Shown here: piece after piece, positions 20,866 through 32,328 of the stretch | Layout of the letters: each line of letters begins with the position of its first letter | Position numbering within the stretch: the stretch's first letter is position 1 | Assembly (NCBI GenBank): GCA_041937175.2 | Contig: CP166615.1 | Location: 2,880,001 to 2,944,000 of the forward strand | Direction of reading: 5' to 3' | DNA: 64,000 nt | DNA from: Limnothrix sp. BL-A-16 | Lineage (GTDB): Bacteria > Cyanobacteriota > Cyanobacteriia > CACIAM-69d | The notes under the pieces: model-generated | Told to the model about the DNA's origin: nothing | The model's input: only the letters and a program-made list of their open reading frames with translations | Databases searched by the model: none | Program-made: the position numbers and the translations under genes

Positions 20866-21669
20866 ATGCTGGAACTGTACCAATTTGAGTTGTCGGCTTA
20901 CTGCGAGAAGGTGCGCCTTGCGCTGGATTACAAGAGCCTGGACTACCGCAAAGTTGAAGTGACTCCCGGAGTCGGGCAAATTGATGTTTTTCGGTTGTCG
21001 GGCCAGCGCCAAGTGCCCCTGCTGAAGGATGGCAACGAGGTGATTGCCGACTCAACCGCGATTTTGAACTATCTCGATCGCGCCTATCCCGATCGCCCGC
21101 TTTTGCCCACCAATCCTGCCGAGCGGGCCTTGGCGACGGTGCTGGAAGCTTGGGCCGATGATTCGTTCTATGCCGATGCCCGCAAGGTTTTTCTGGCCAC
21201 CCTGGGGCAAGATCCGGGCTACCGCACGGCCCTGTTGCCGGATGAAACGCCGGATCCGTTGAAAACCCTGGTGGGCTTCATTCCCGGCGAGGTTTTTGGA
21301 GTGATGGGAGCTGGTGTGGGTCTCACGCCGGAGGTGCTGAAAAAGGCTAAGGACAACCTTAGCCGTGCGATCGAAAGTCTATGCAGCCTTTTGGAAGCAA
21401 ATCCCTACCTAACTGGCAGTCAACCCACCCTGGCCGATGTGGCGGTGGCAGCGGTGAGTGTGTTGGTGAAAATTCCCAGCACGCCCTACTTTGATGTGCC
21501 GATCGGGCTGCGCGGGCGCGGCATTCCGGGCATTGCTGACAATCCGGCCTATGCTCGCTTCTTTGACTGGCGCGATCAGTTCTACCGTGACTTTCGCACG
21601 CCCTTGACCGGTGTGGCCAGTGCCAACCCCAGCAGCAATGCCGGGCCCACGACTATCTCGATCGACTAG
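20866..21669 (+). CDS. Glutathione S-transferase family protein
   Basis: QFELSAYCEKVR, QVPLL, DSTAI, PTLAD. Confidence 0.9.
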   Translation: MLELYQFELSAYCEKVRLALDYKSLDYRKVEVTPGVGQIDVFRLSGQRQVPLLKDGNEVIADSTAILNYLDRAYPDRPLLPTNPAERALATVLEAWADDSFYADARKVFLATLGQDPGYRTALLPDETPDPLKTLVGFIPGEVFGVMGAGVGLTPEVLKKAKDNLSRAIESLCSLLEANPYLTGSQPTLADVAVAAVSVLVKIPSTPYFDVPIGLRGRGIPGIADNPAYARFFDWRDQFYRDFRTPLTGVASANPSSNAGPTTISID

Positions 21670-21772
21670 GGTTTAAGAGCGTGGTTCGATCGAGCTGTTG
21701 AAGGCTGAGTCACGCTCGATCGAACCCACAACGAACCCCCGATCGAACCCGATCAACCCCATCCCCACCCCT

Positions 21773-22300
21773 ATGCCGACTGCTCGCCGGGCCCGCCCCG
21801 ATCGCTCCGCTCGATCGCCTCGATCCTCTCGATCGCGGGTGACCCTGCTGTCGTTGTGGCAATCGCGGCGGGCCGCCCGCAGTCGCAAGGTCTCTCCTCT
21901 ACCTCCCAAGCCGCCACTACCGCGGCCCATTCAGCGCCTGAAGCGAATTCAGCGTTGGTCGGCCATTGCGGCAATGGTTTCAATCGCCCTGGCCGTGCTG
22001 GTGTATGCCCAAACGGTGCAGTTGCAACAGGCTTGGACAATGGACTATCGCAAGCTCCAAAGTCTTCAGCGCCAAGAACGAGACTTGCGCGTGGCCCTGG
22101 AGGTGTTGAAAGACAAGGTGGCCCGCCAAGCAGCGGCGGCCGACTCCACCTTGCAACCACCCCCACCGAAGCAACTGATTTTTCTGAAGCCGGCCAACGC
22201 GACGGAAGCCAACGGCCGATCGCCCAATATGCCCGCAGCGCTGCCCCCGGCCACAGGTGAAGGGCAACAACCCACCGAACCCAGACCGATCGGCTACTGA
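21773..22300 (+). CDS. Single-TM coiled-coil protein (FtsL-like)
   Basis: Basic N-terminus, one TM, leucine heptads, C-terminal PIGY. Confidence 0.55.
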   Translation: MPTARRARPDRSARSPRSSRSRVTLLSLWQSRRAARSRKVSPLPPKPPLPRPIQRLKRIQRWSAIAAMVSIALAVLVYAQTVQLQQAWTMDYRKLQSLQRQERDLRVALEVLKDKVARQAAAADSTLQPPPPKQLIFLKPANATEANGRSPNMPAALPPATGEGQQPTEPRPIGY

Positions 22301-22383
22301 TTTCCAGTTTCGATTCCCCATCCTGCGATGGTTACGGATCGCCCCTTGAGCCGCCCCTTGAGCCACTGAACCGCCACTCGGAT

Positions 22384-23619
22384 TTAGGCTCGGCGGTAGC
22401 GCATTCCCGGCAAGTTTTCCACCAGTCCCAATAATTCCAACTCCGTGAGGGCTGCCATCACATTCCCGGGACTGAGGCCACTGGCCGCCACGATCGCATC
22501 AAAGGCCGTGGGGGTTGGATCGATCGCCCGCAAAACGGCAGCCGGAGCCGGAGCCAAGTTTGGTGGTGGCGGCGTTGGGGCGACGGCCGGCTTGGCCGTT
22601 GGGATTGGCCCAGGGGCAGCGGGCCCCGGAACGGGCGATCGGGCGGTTTCAATGACGGTGGCAGATTCCGCTCGATCGAGCTGGGGCAGGGCCCCCAAGC
22701 AATCCAACAGATGGTTTTCACTCAAAATGACCTGCGCCCCGCTGTTAATCAGCTTCAGGCAACCGGCCGAAAGGGGCATGTCCAATGACCCGGGCAACAC
22801 ATAAACATCCCGGCCATAGTCGGCCGCTTGGTTAGCGGTGATCAACGCTCCCGATCGCTCGCCGCCTTCAATCACGATGGTTGCCCGCGCCAGCCCCGCC
22901 ACAATTCGGTTACGACGCGGAAAGTGCGCGCGATCGGGCCCCGTGCCGCTGGGATATTCACTGAGGGCAAACCCGGAGCCGGGATAGTCAAACGCGCCCA
23001 CAATTCGACCATAGAGATCGCGGTTGCCCGAGGGATAGACCCGATCGACCCCGGTTCCCAGGACGGCAATGGTACGCCCACCCGCCGCTAAACAAGCACG
23101 ATGGCTTTCCGCATCCACCCCCTCCGCCAAGCCAGAAACAATGCCAAACCCCGCTTGGGTGAGACAGGTGGTGAGCCGATTAGTCCATCGTTGGCCATAG
23201 TCCGATGGTTGGCGCGTGCCCACGATCGCCACCAGGGGTTGCGTTCCCTGGAGTTCCGCCGGGTGGGGCTGGCCTCGGTAATACAACAGAGCTGGGAAAT
23301 CCGGCAACTCTCGCAAAAGTTGGGGATAGTCTGGATCGGCGGGAGTCCAAAACTGGGGATTTTTTTGAGTCCAATCGGCCAAGAGGCGCTCAGGATCGAT
23401 CGCCGATCGCCCGTCCAGGATTTTTGCCAGCCGCTGGGGGCCGATACCTTCGATGGGGGCTAAGTCCGCCGGATCCGCTTGCCAAGCGGTGGCCAAGGAA
23501 CCAAAGGCCCGCTGGAGCCGCTGCAAGAGCACGGGGCCCACATCCGAAATCTGCGACCAGGCCAACCAGGCGGCTCGCTCCGTGGGGGGTGCAGTGGGGT
23601 GCGATCGGGACAGATTCAA
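22384..23619 (-). CDS. dprA: DNA-processing protein DprA
   Basis: VAIVGTR, VSGLAEGVD, FPRRNRIVAGL, SGALITA, C-terminal winged helix. Confidence 0.95.
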   Translation of the reverse strand: MNLSRSHPTAPPTERAAWLAWSQISDVGPVLLQRLQRAFGSLATAWQADPADLAPIEGIGPQRLAKILDGRSAIDPERLLADWTQKNPQFWTPADPDYPQLLRELPDFPALLYYRGQPHPAELQGTQPLVAIVGTRQPSDYGQRWTNRLTTCLTQAGFGIVSGLAEGVDAESHRACLAAGGRTIAVLGTGVDRVYPSGNRDLYGRIVGAFDYPGSGFALSEYPSGTGPDRAHFPRRNRIVAGLARATIVIEGGERSGALITANQAADYGRDVYVLPGSLDMPLSAGCLKLINSGAQVILSENHLLDCLGALPQLDRAESATVIETARSPVPGPAAPGPIPTAKPAVAPTPPPPNLAPAPAAVLRAIDPTPTAFDAIVAASGLSPGNVMAALTELELLGLVENLPGMRYRRA

Positions 23620-24067
23620 AACCGAAAATCCCTGAAACTCATCTGAAAATTCTGGATAGCCAGTCCGCGTTCCAATCGGTGATTGTGATTGCCTCCACGA
23701 TCCATTCCGCGATCGCGAGATCAGGCCAGATCAACACACCAGATCAACACAATCGTGCGAATCATGATCCACCGAATCATCTACCGATCAGCCACATGAT
23801 CGGCCACAATCGTCCACAGCGCTAATTACTAGGGCTAATTAACAGTGAACGGATTTGGTATCAACCGATTGGTATCATAGGGGGGCTATCGCGTCGTGTT
23901 CGATCGAGACTGCCTTAGCCAGTCGTTCGATCGCGATTCGACAGTGCCCTTGTGGGCCCCGCCAGAACTAAGCCACCGTTGCAACTTTTGCTGCCGCGTT
24001 GGCCCTGGCCCAGGCTCGCCCCACAACTTGGCTGCCCAAGCCTCTTTCCTCGTTCGGAGCAATACAA

Positions 24068-24184
24068 ATGCTGGCGCTTAAAATCACTGTATACGTTGTT
24101 GTCTCGTTCTTCATTGGCCTGTTTGTGTTTGGTTTTCTGTCCAACGACCCGGCCCGGAACCCCAACCGTCGCGATTTTGAATAA
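24068..24184 (+). CDS. psbI: Photosystem II reaction centre protein I
   Basis: [38 protein letters not shown]. Confidence 0.97.
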   Translation: MLALKITVYVVVSFFIGLFVFGFLSNDPARNPNRRDFE

Positions 24185-24284
24185 ACCTGGGCTGGATTTT
24201 GGAATGCCATCGCGGGCCATCGATGGGTTGCCCATCAGCGCGATCGCAATTCCAAACTCAATCCGGTTCCTTGTGTTGATGATG

Positions 24285-24324
24285 AAACTCAGCGATAGCG
24301 ACCAGTTTGCTACGCTGAGTTTTT
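24285..24324 (+). terminator. Putative intrinsic terminator downstream of psbI
   Basis: AAACTCAGCG...CGCTGAGTTT stem followed by a T-run. Confidence 0.55.
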
Positions 24325-24515
24325 GTGTGTGGCAGCAAGGATCCGAATGGCGGCATCTCCTGCCATATCCCCAGTACAATGACCACGCAAGCACGCTCAC
24401 CCAGCGGATCGCTTAGGGCTGAGTGGTGGCCGGCTGGATGGTTTACTTGCGATCGAGATCCGGCTCGATGGTGTGGTTGATTGTCGTGATTTTTTGCTCA
24501 TTGGACGACTGATTT

Positions 24516-27260
24516 ATGCCCTATCCGGTGCTACCGCCCGAGATGCCGCCGCTAGTCCAGGACGTGGCTGTAACGCGGGAAACTGAGCCGACGGCCGCCG
24601 AGGGCGATCGCCCCCCTGAGCCAAATTCAACTGCCCCTGCATTGGTTCCATTGCGCCGGTTGGGATCTCTGCCACCTCGGCCGGTTCGCAGCTTGCGGCC
24701 CGGCTCCTTGCGAGATTTTCGGCAACAGTACCGCCAAGACCGGCGGGCCGCCGACCAATTGGGGCCGGATCGGGCCTTGATTCACATCGATCGGCAAATT
24801 GATCCGCCCAGCCGACAAAACCCGCCCCGCCCGCAGACTGACGAGCGGCCAACTGCCACCAGCAACGGGAAAAACCCGCCGGCTGGATTGCCGCCACTGC
24901 GTCGCTGGGCAAGACCCACTCGCGATCAAACAACGCCCCCCCAGTTAACCCAGTCCACCGATCGACCGTCAGCCACCAACCCTGGCCAACTCGGGGGATC
25001 CACAGCAGCCGGATCCACAGCAGCCGGATCCACGGTCTACGCCGCCCAGGATTCAACGAATCCACCCAATGCTCAAGGCGCTGGGCAACGGCTCCGGGCA
25101 GATAGTTTTGATGAGGATCCCCTGCGGAATGTGCCGCCTCTGTTTCCTCGGGAGGGCCCGGGGCCGGTGACCGAACCGCCCAACGGAACCGAGGGGCAAG
25201 AAGCACCCCCTCCAACCCCCACAACGGGCGATCCACCATTCCCGCCGCGATCGAGCGATCAACCGCCATCCCCCACGGATCCGCAACCGACGGAGCGACC
25301 GATCGACCCCGATCGACCGCCCCAACCGGTGAATGCGGGCGACCCCAATAATTCACCAAGCCGCACCGATCGACCCGGGGGCGGCCGGCCCCCGCGGCCG
25401 GAATTGCCTAACTTGCCGCCCGGCGCGATCGGGGCGATTGAGGTGACAGCCGATCAACAGGAATTCGACTCGGTTCGGCAAATTTTCATCGCGATCGGCA
25501 ACGTCACCATGCGTTACCAAGGAGCCGTGATCAATGCCGATCGGCTCCAGGTCAGCCTTGATAATCGGATTGCCCTCGCAGAAGGCAACGTAGCCCTCAC
25601 CCGTGGCCAGCAGGTGATTCGGGGCGCAAGGATGGAATACAACCTGGTGCAGGGGGATGGTTCCCTGTTTGAGAGCTACGGCGAAATTTTCCAGCCCACC
25701 ACTGGCGAAGACTTTGCCCCGGCCGAGGTGATCACCGCTGGGCCCTATAATCCCGCCCTCGATCGGCCCTTGAGCGATCGCATTTCCGCCAATGAACCGC
25801 TGCGGGAGGTGCGCCAAACGGGGCAATTTGGGCTGCAAGTGGGCACGGGCAATTTTGGGCTATTGGATCCGCCGCCGGGCCAGGTGGGCGAGGTGCAAAA
25901 CTTCCGCTTCCAGGCCGATCGGGTGGATTTTGACCCCAATGGCTGGGTCGCCCAAAACGTGCGGATTACCAACGATCCCTTCTCGCCCCCGGAAACGGAA
26001 ATTCGGGCCGATCGGGCCCGGCTGCGGCGCTTGTCGCCCTTGCGGGATGAGCTAATCGCCGATCGGCCCCGGGTGGTGTTTGACAATCGCTTTACCCTGC
26101 CCCTGTTGGTGCGTCGAACGGTGATTGATCGCCGGGAACAGCCGCCCCAGCCCTTTGAAATTCGCTACGACGGTGAAGATCGAGGCGGGCTATACATTCA
26201 ACGGCAGTTCGACGTAATTCGCACACCCCGAGTTCGTCTGCGGGTCACGCCTCAATACCTGATCCAGCGGGCCCTATTTGACGAAGAAGCCAATGGGCCG
26301 ATCGGGCTAGATGTGTTGGGTTTGCAAGCCCGACTAACGGCGCAATTGTCCCCCACCACCTCTTTGCTGGGCGTGGTGCGGGCCGTGACCCTCGATCCTG
26401 ATCGCTTTGAAGATGACTTCCGGGGCAGCGTTCGGCTCAATCAAATCATCCCCACCGGTTGGGGCCCCCATTCCCTCACCCTGGAATATAGCTATCGCGA
26501 TCGGCTGTTTAACGGCTCCTTTGGGTTCCGCACCGTGCAGCGCAGCATCGGGGCCGTCTTTGCCTCGCCCCAAATTCGCATCGGCAACACCGGCTTCATT
26601 GCCAACTACCAATTGGGCTACCAAAACATCAATGCCCAATCGGACTTTGGTGATCTGATTGATGAACCCAGCCGCAACACGGACGATCGAATCACCCTCG
26701 ATCGCACCCAAATGGCGATTGCAGTGGCCCGCCCGATCGTCCTGTGGCGTGGCGAAGCCTTACCGGCCACACCCGAAGCCGGCCTGCGCTACAGTCCCGT
26801 GGCCCTGCGGCCGAGCATTGTGCTGGTTCCCCGCTTGCAGATGGTTTGGCAAAACTACAGCAGCGGCGACTATCAAAACGTGCTCACCGGCTCGATCGTC
26901 CTCCAGGGACAGTTGGGCCATTTTTCCCGTCCTTGGCTAGACTACACAGCCTTCACCTTGGGCTACATCGAAAACTGGCGACATGGTTCCTCGCCCTTCC
27001 TGTTCGATCGCGTCGGTGATGCGCGGGTGGTGGTCGTTGGCCTCACTCAGCAAATTTATGGCCCCTTCCGGGTTGGCTTCCAACAGGTCTACAACGTCGA
27101 TACGGGCGAACGGATCGACAGTAACTACACCTTGGAATATAGCCGCCGCACCTACGGTCTGCTGTTGCGCGTTGATCCAGAGCGCCAATCCGGCTCCCTG
27201 CAACTGCGCATCACGGATTTCAACTGGACGGGCAGCGGCCAGGAATTTGGTGATATCTAG
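24516..27260 (+). CDS. DUF3769 / LptD(OstA)-like outer-membrane assembly protein
   Basis: Pro-rich N-terminus, ADQQEFD OstA-like domain, ITNDPFSPP, C-terminal beta-barrel-like region ending ITDFNW. Confidence 0.8.
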   Translation: MPYPVLPPEMPPLVQDVAVTRETEPTAAEGDRPPEPNSTAPALVPLRRLGSLPPRPVRSLRPGSLRDFRQQYRQDRRAADQLGPDRALIHIDRQIDPPSRQNPPRPQTDERPTATSNGKNPPAGLPPLRRWARPTRDQTTPPQLTQSTDRPSATNPGQLGGSTAAGSTAAGSTVYAAQDSTNPPNAQGAGQRLRADSFDEDPLRNVPPLFPREGPGPVTEPPNGTEGQEAPPPTPTTGDPPFPPRSSDQPPSPTDPQPTERPIDPDRPPQPVNAGDPNNSPSRTDRPGGGRPPRPELPNLPPGAIGAIEVTADQQEFDSVRQIFIAIGNVTMRYQGAVINADRLQVSLDNRIALAEGNVALTRGQQVIRGARMEYNLVQGDGSLFESYGEIFQPTTGEDFAPAEVITAGPYNPALDRPLSDRISANEPLREVRQTGQFGLQVGTGNFGLLDPPPGQVGEVQNFRFQADRVDFDPNGWVAQNVRITNDPFSPPETEIRADRARLRRLSPLRDELIADRPRVVFDNRFTLPLLVRRTVIDRREQPPQPFEIRYDGEDRGGLYIQRQFDVIRTPRVRLRVTPQYLIQRALFDEEANGPIGLDVLGLQARLTAQLSPTTSLLGVVRAVTLDPDRFEDDFRGSVRLNQIIPTGWGPHSLTLEYSYRDRLFNGSFGFRTVQRSIGAVFASPQIRIGNTGFIANYQLGYQNINAQSDFGDLIDEPSRNTDDRITLDRTQMAIAVARPIVLWRGEALPATPEAGLRYSPVALRPSIVLVPRLQMVWQNYSSGDYQNVLTGSIVLQGQLGHFSRPWLDYTAFTLGYIENWRHGSSPFLFDRVGDARVVVVGLTQQIYGPFRVGFQQVYNVDTGERIDSNYTLEYSRRTYGLLLRVDPERQSGSLQLRITDFNWTGSGQEFGDI

Positions 27261-27395
27261 GCCAAACTCTCGATATGGCCTGATCACCTTGACCTCAAGC
27301 CTTGATCTAAAACGATCGGCACGTCATGAAACAGATGCCATGAAGCGATTAACAGGTGGGCAATGCCCATCCCACAGGCCGCTCAAACCTTGCTC

Positions 27396-28364
27396 TTAAA
27401 TGGGCAGGTTGGCCCTGGGGTCGAACGACTCGATCGCCCGTAATTGCTCATACAACGCCAACTCATCGGTACTTAACTGGGTTGGCGTAGCAATTTGAAT
27501 TTCCACAATCTGATCGCCCCGGCGATCGCGGTTGATCGGATAGCCCTTATTCGACAGACGCAGCCGCTGGCCATGGCGCACCCCGCGCGGCAGGTTCATC
27601 TTCACCATCCCATCCAAGGTCGGTACCTCGATCGCGCTGCCCAACACCGCCTCGCTGGGAGTGACGGGCACTTCGCAATAGAGATCGACCCCCTCCAACC
27701 GGAAAAAGTCGTGGGGAGCAACGGTGATTTTCAGGAACAAATCACCCCCATTAATCCCCTGATTTTTGAGGCGGATTCGTTGGCCCGTCACCAACCCTGG
27801 CGGCATGTTCACCTCCAGCGATCGGCCGTCTTCTAGCCGAATTCGTTCCCGACCACCGCTAAAGGCCTTTTCTAGGGGAATGGTTAACCGTGCTTCCGCG
27901 TCCCGGGCAACCGGTGGTTTCACGGTATAGGCCGTGCGGGTTGTGCCAGGCCGGTAGTAATCTCGATTGCCCGGTTGGGGTGGGGCCGTCGGTTCGCCGC
28001 GTCGATTCAACAGCCGATCGACAAAGCTATTGAAGTCAATAAACTCGCTGTAGTCCAGGTTGTCCGCCACCCGGGACTCGGAGCGATCGCCCCAGGTGCG
28101 TCCTGCCGCCGCCCGGCGGGCATTTTGGAATCCTTTCTGTTTCCAAAATTTGCTGTATTCGTCGTACTGGGCCCGCTTGGTTGTGTCCGACAGCACCTCG
28201 TAGGCTTCGCCAATGTCCTTGAATCGCTCTTCGGCTTCCTTGTTTCCGGGGTTCAGGTCGGGGTGATATTGCCGAGCCAGTCGCCGGAAGGCCCGTTTAA
28301 TTTCGTCGCCGCTGGCCTCTTTGGCAACACCGAGAATTGCGTAGTAGTTGCGGAAGTTTTGCAT
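27396..28364 (-). CDS. DnaJ-class chaperone (CbpA-like, no zinc finger)
   Basis: J-domain with HPD; DnaJ C-terminal domain (EVPTLDG). Confidence 0.9.
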   Translation of the reverse strand: MQNFRNYYAILGVAKEASGDEIKRAFRRLARQYHPDLNPGNKEAEERFKDIGEAYEVLSDTTKRAQYDEYSKFWKQKGFQNARRAAAGRTWGDRSESRVADNLDYSEFIDFNSFVDRLLNRRGEPTAPPQPGNRDYYRPGTTRTAYTVKPPVARDAEARLTIPLEKAFSGGRERIRLEDGRSLEVNMPPGLVTGQRIRLKNQGINGGDLFLKITVAPHDFFRLEGVDLYCEVPVTPSEAVLGSAIEVPTLDGMVKMNLPRGVRHGQRLRLSNKGYPINRDRRGDQIVEIQIATPTQLSTDELALYEQLRAIESFDPRANLPI

Positions 28365-28753
28365 TCGGGGAGGTCAAGTTCAAACGGCTGCGATCGCGAT
28401 CGGCGCTTCGGCTTTCCAGCTTACCGCGATGGGCCCTTAGGCGTTCGATCGGCTAACCGATCCGGTCAATTGGCAGCGCGATCGGCCATCTTCGGCCATC
28501 TAATGACTTGGCCGCAGGTTGCGATCGCCCAACCCTTCCAAGCGCGATCGGCAGCAGGTGACCGGAGCCTAATCGGGAGCCTAATCGGGAGCGTCATGGA
28601 TCAACCCGCATGTCTTGATCCATGTCTTGATCGGAGATGTCCCCTGACCCCGGGCGATCGCCCCTCAGCTATAGTGAGGGAATGGAGCCAATCACGGCGC
28701 GATCGCCCGTCCGGCTCGGATTTTTGACTTGTTATTTGTTGATTAAACCCATC

Positions 28754-29920
28754 ATGGCCGCAAAACCCGCTGCTCCCTCCTTTTCCATGGAGGACTTCAT
28801 GGCTGCCCTCGACGAAAAAACCGTCTCTTTTGAGGCGGGGCAACGGGTCAAGGGCAAACCTTTTGAGTACGCCAACGACGGGGTTTATGTAGACATTGGC
28901 GGCAAATCCGCTGCGTTTTTGCCGGTGCGCGAAGCCGCCATGCGCGAACCCTCGGGCGCTGAGGAACTGCAAAACCTGTTGCCGCCCAATGTGGAGCGCG
29001 AGTTCATTGTGCTCAAGGAAGCCAACGCCGATGGTCAGGTGACCATTTCGATTCGACAGATGGTGTTGGATCAGGCCTGGAAGGAGTTGGCCAAGGCCCA
29101 AGAGGAAAAACAGGCGATCGCCGCCCGTGTGAATGGGGTCAACAAAGGCGGCGTGACGGCGGCCGTGATGGGCTTGCGGGGGTTCATTCCCCGATCGCAC
29201 CTGGTGGAACGGGAGGATTTGGACTCGTTGGTGGGCCAAACCTTGACCGTCGTGCCGATCGAGGTGAACCGCAATGCTAAAAAATTGGTGCTCTCGAACC
29301 GGGAAGCGGCCAAGGTGGGCCTGATGGCACGTCTGAAGGTCAACCAACTGATTGAAGGTAAAATCACCGGGATTCGCCCCTTTGGTGTGTTTGTGAGCTT
29401 TGAGGGCAACACCGGGCTGCTGCATGTCAAGCAAATGAGCCAAGCCCATGTGGCCTCGATCGAGGATCTGTTCAGCCAGGGCGAAAGGATCCGCGCCGTG
29501 ATTATGGAAATTGATGAGTGGAAGGGACGGATCGCCCTTTCGACAGCGGTGCTGGAAAATCATCGGGGCGAAATGCTGGAAAACAAGACCACGGTGATGA
29601 CCGAGGCGATCGCCCGTCATGCCCAGCTTTATCCCCACTGGGACGCAGAACCGGAGCCGATCGCGGAGTCCAACCCGGAGCCGACCAAGCAGCCCACTGC
29701 CCCGGAAGCCACAGACTCGATCGCACCGACTGACTCAACCGACTCAACCGAATCGACCGCAGCCCAGGCCAACCCCGAGGCGATCGCCCCGGAAACACCA
29801 GACAACCCGGCAGCACCGGAACCCGCCACCAAGCCAGAACCGGCCCCTGCGCCCAAGGCTCCGATCCGGCTGGTGGACTTGAAACCGAAACCTAGCCGCG
29901 CTCCTGAGTCGGACGCATAG
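28754..29920 (+). CDS. 30S ribosomal protein S1 homolog (three S1 domains) with a low-complexity tail
   Basis: VYVDIGGKS, LRGFIPRSHL, FGVFV..GLLHV. Confidence 0.85.
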   Translation: MAAKPAAPSFSMEDFMAALDEKTVSFEAGQRVKGKPFEYANDGVYVDIGGKSAAFLPVREAAMREPSGAEELQNLLPPNVEREFIVLKEANADGQVTISIRQMVLDQAWKELAKAQEEKQAIAARVNGVNKGGVTAAVMGLRGFIPRSHLVEREDLDSLVGQTLTVVPIEVNRNAKKLVLSNREAAKVGLMARLKVNQLIEGKITGIRPFGVFVSFEGNTGLLHVKQMSQAHVASIEDLFSQGERIRAVIMEIDEWKGRIALSTAVLENHRGEMLENKTTVMTEAIARHAQLYPHWDAEPEPIAESNPEPTKQPTAPEATDSIAPTDSTDSTESTAAQANPEAIAPETPDNPAAPEPATKPEPAPAPKAPIRLVDLKPKPSRAPESDA

Positions 29921-29925
29921 CACCT

Positions 29926-30426
29926 ATGATCCCGATCGCCCTGGTCTTGGCCCTTTGCCTAGAGTGGGCGATCGCCCCGGCGGCGATCGCGGGTTTGCCT
30001 CCTAGCCCACTCACCCAAGCCACCCCGCAGCAACCGGCAGAAATCCGGAGCGATCGGCTGGGGTTCAATGGCCTGCGCTTGGGCGACAATCCCCAGCGGG
30101 TGCGCGCTCGGCTCGGCCGGCCCCAACGCACCCAAAACCAGCCCCCTGGCAACTATGGCCGCTACGAATCTTGGTATTACCCCAACCTGATTTTGGGCTT
30201 TGGTGATGGAGCGTTGGCCATGATCACCACGACGCGACCCAACTGGGGAACGGCTGAAGGGGTACGGGTGGGCGATCGCTCCAGCCGCATCCTGGCCATT
30301 TACGGAGAACCCAATTGGCGCGATTCCGATCGCTGGGGCTACCTGACCGATGACGGGGCTTTTTTGACCTTGCGCCTACGGGGCGATCGAGTCGTGGAAA
30401 TCCTCTGCGGTTGGTTACCCGATTGA
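29926..30426 (+). CDS. Hypothetical exported protein
   Basis: Signal peptide; two GxRxGD internal repeats. Confidence 0.6.
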   Translation: MIPIALVLALCLEWAIAPAAIAGLPPSPLTQATPQQPAEIRSDRLGFNGLRLGDNPQRVRARLGRPQRTQNQPPGNYGRYESWYYPNLILGFGDGALAMITTTRPNWGTAEGVRVGDRSSRILAIYGEPNWRDSDRWGYLTDDGAFLTLRLRGDRVVEILCGWLPD

Positions 30427-30467
30427 GTTGGTTGCCCAATTGAATGATTCAGCACCCATGAGCAACC

Positions 30468-30770
30468 ATGGCTAAAAAGCAAAAATTTCCGCATCTCTTG
30501 GGTTCCAAGTGGACAGCCCGCCAGCGCACCTTTGGCTGGCGACATTTCCAGGTGAACAATCGCAAAAACGAGGGCGATCGGGTCTATGCGGAACTGGTGG
30601 CCTCCTGCGATCCCAACGCGCGGTTTTGGATTGATGCGCGCAATCTCAAAAACCGTGATCTGTGGGCAGCGGGCTGGCAAACCCTCGAAGAAATTGAGAT
30701 TCTGGCAGCGGTCGATCGGGGCGATGACCTGAGCGAAGAGGTGGAAGTGCTGTACCCAGACGCACTGTGA
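30468..30770 (+). CDS. TIGR02450-family Trp-rich protein
   Basis: LLGSKWTA, WRHFQV, WAAGW. Confidence 0.8.
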   Translation: MAKKQKFPHLLGSKWTARQRTFGWRHFQVNNRKNEGDRVYAELVASCDPNARFWIDARNLKNRDLWAAGWQTLEEIEILAAVDRGDDLSEEVEVLYPDAL

Positions 30771-30936
30771 TGCCCGGCCCCCAGCCGCCACTTGGAAGGG
30801 CCATGGGGCTAGGGCCTGTCGTCATCTCCTAGAATCAGTTGATTTTTCCATGCACAACCGTCGTAACAATGCTCAAGCCCCCTCCCACCCGATCGATCAA
30901 CGGGGAAATTGGGGTTGCGAACACAATGGAAATCAA

Positions 30937-31021
30937 CGGAGAGGGTGGGATTCGAACCCACGGAACCTTGCGGCTCACTCGATTTCAAGTCGAGCGCATT
31001 CGACCACTCTGCCACCTCTCC
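30937..31021 (-). tRNA. tRNA-Ser(TGA)
   Basis: Reverse complement GGAGAGGTGGCAGAGTGG...CTTGAAA...long variable arm...GGTTCGAATCCCACCCTCTCCG. Confidence 0.95.
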
Positions 31022-31033
31022 CGGTAAGCCCTG

Positions 31034-31882
31034 TTATTTTACCGCTGTCGGCGCAAAATCGACCCCTGATTCTGAGATTTCCCACCCGGTCAGCGGAATT
31101 TGAAACTGCTGCGGGGCTGCGATCGCGGCCAAATCTGCCCGGAACTGCACCACGGGGCCGATGATGGCGATCGCCGGGGCAGAAAATCCCGTTTCGGTCA
31201 CTCGATCGCACACCGTTTCCAGGGTGGCCACCAATTCCGCCTGTTCAGGACGGGTTCCCCACCGAATCAGCGCCACGGGATCGGTGGGCGATCGCCCCGC
31301 TGAAATCAAAGCGGGCACAATCTGGTTGAGGTTATGCACACCCATATAAATCACAATCGTCTCAGCGCTTTGGGCGATCGCTGACCAGTTCACCTGGGGA
31401 CGATATTTCCCCGCCGACTCGTGCCCCGTCACAAACACCACCGATGAGCTGTAGTCGCGATGGGTTAAGGGAATGCCCGCATAGGCCGGCGCAGCGATGC
31501 CCGCCGTCACGCCCGGCACCACCTCCACCGGCACACCCGATCGCAACAGATCTTGCATTTCCTCGCCCCCTCGGCCAAACACAAAGGGATCGCCCCCTTT
31601 CAGCCGCACCACAATCGCCGCTGTCTGGGCTTTTTCAATCAGTAATTGGGTGGTTTCTGCTTGCAACTTTGAGTGACGGCCCCGGCGTTTTCCCGCGTCA
31701 ATTCGTTCCGCCTGGGGATTAATCATGGCCAGAATCGGGGCACTCACCAACGCATCGTAAACCACCACATCGGCCAATTCGAGCAATGTCTTTCCCTTCA
31801 GGGTCAGCAAGCCCGGATCGCCAGGGCCCGCCCCCACCAAATAAACCTTCCCGATCGGCTGGGGAGTCGCAAAGTCGGTCAT
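31034..31882 (-). CDS. cobA: Uroporphyrinogen-III C-methyltransferase
   Basis: VYLVGAGPGDPGLLT, VRLKGGDPFVFGRGGEE. Confidence 0.95.
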   Translation of the reverse strand: MTDFATPQPIGKVYLVGAGPGDPGLLTLKGKTLLELADVVVYDALVSAPILAMINPQAERIDAGKRRGRHSKLQAETTQLLIEKAQTAAIVVRLKGGDPFVFGRGGEEMQDLLRSGVPVEVVPGVTAGIAAPAYAGIPLTHRDYSSSVVFVTGHESAGKYRPQVNWSAIAQSAETIVIYMGVHNLNQIVPALISAGRSPTDPVALIRWGTRPEQAELVATLETVCDRVTETGFSAPAIAIIGPVVQFRADLAAIAAPQQFQIPLTGWEISESGVDFAPTAVK

Positions 31883-31988
31883 GAATGAGAACTACCGAAA
31901 CGTTCGAGAAATGATCTTAGAGGATGCCTGAGAAATATTTGGGGGAGCAATTTTTGGGCCATGAACCACCCAAGTTGCCCAATCGTGC

Positions 31989-32177
31989 CTATTGGGGTTT
32001 GCATTTACCCGCCCGGATCAACCCCACACGCTTGGCGATCGCCTCCGCCAACTTCCCATAGGGGCCCCACCGATCGCCCGCTGGATGGGGATTGGGCAAA
32101 TCGGCCAGGCGATCGCTCGGGACAATTTCGCAGCGATCATCTGCACAGCGCACAATATAGAATTCCGGGACTTCCAT
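31989..32177 (-). CDS. Small conserved cyanobacterial protein
   Basis: WGPY...AIAKRVGLIRAGKCKP motif. Confidence 0.7.
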   Translation of the reverse strand: MEVPEFYIVRCADDRCEIVPSDRLADLPNPHPAGDRWGPYGKLAEAIAKRVGLIRAGKCKPQ

Positions 32178-32328
32178 CAACACCTTCAATCTGTTGATTA
32201 ACCCTAGTTGTCGAAATTACCGATCAGCCGATCAATTAATCAACCAATTAATCAATCAACCAATTAATCAATCAATGAGCCGATCGCCGGTTGATGAACA
32301 GCAGCTTACTCCCCCAAGGATCAATCAG

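Noticed and set aside
31989..32177. Small protein as a transposase remnant
   Set aside because: No DDE motifs or terminal repeats; it looks like a conserved small protein
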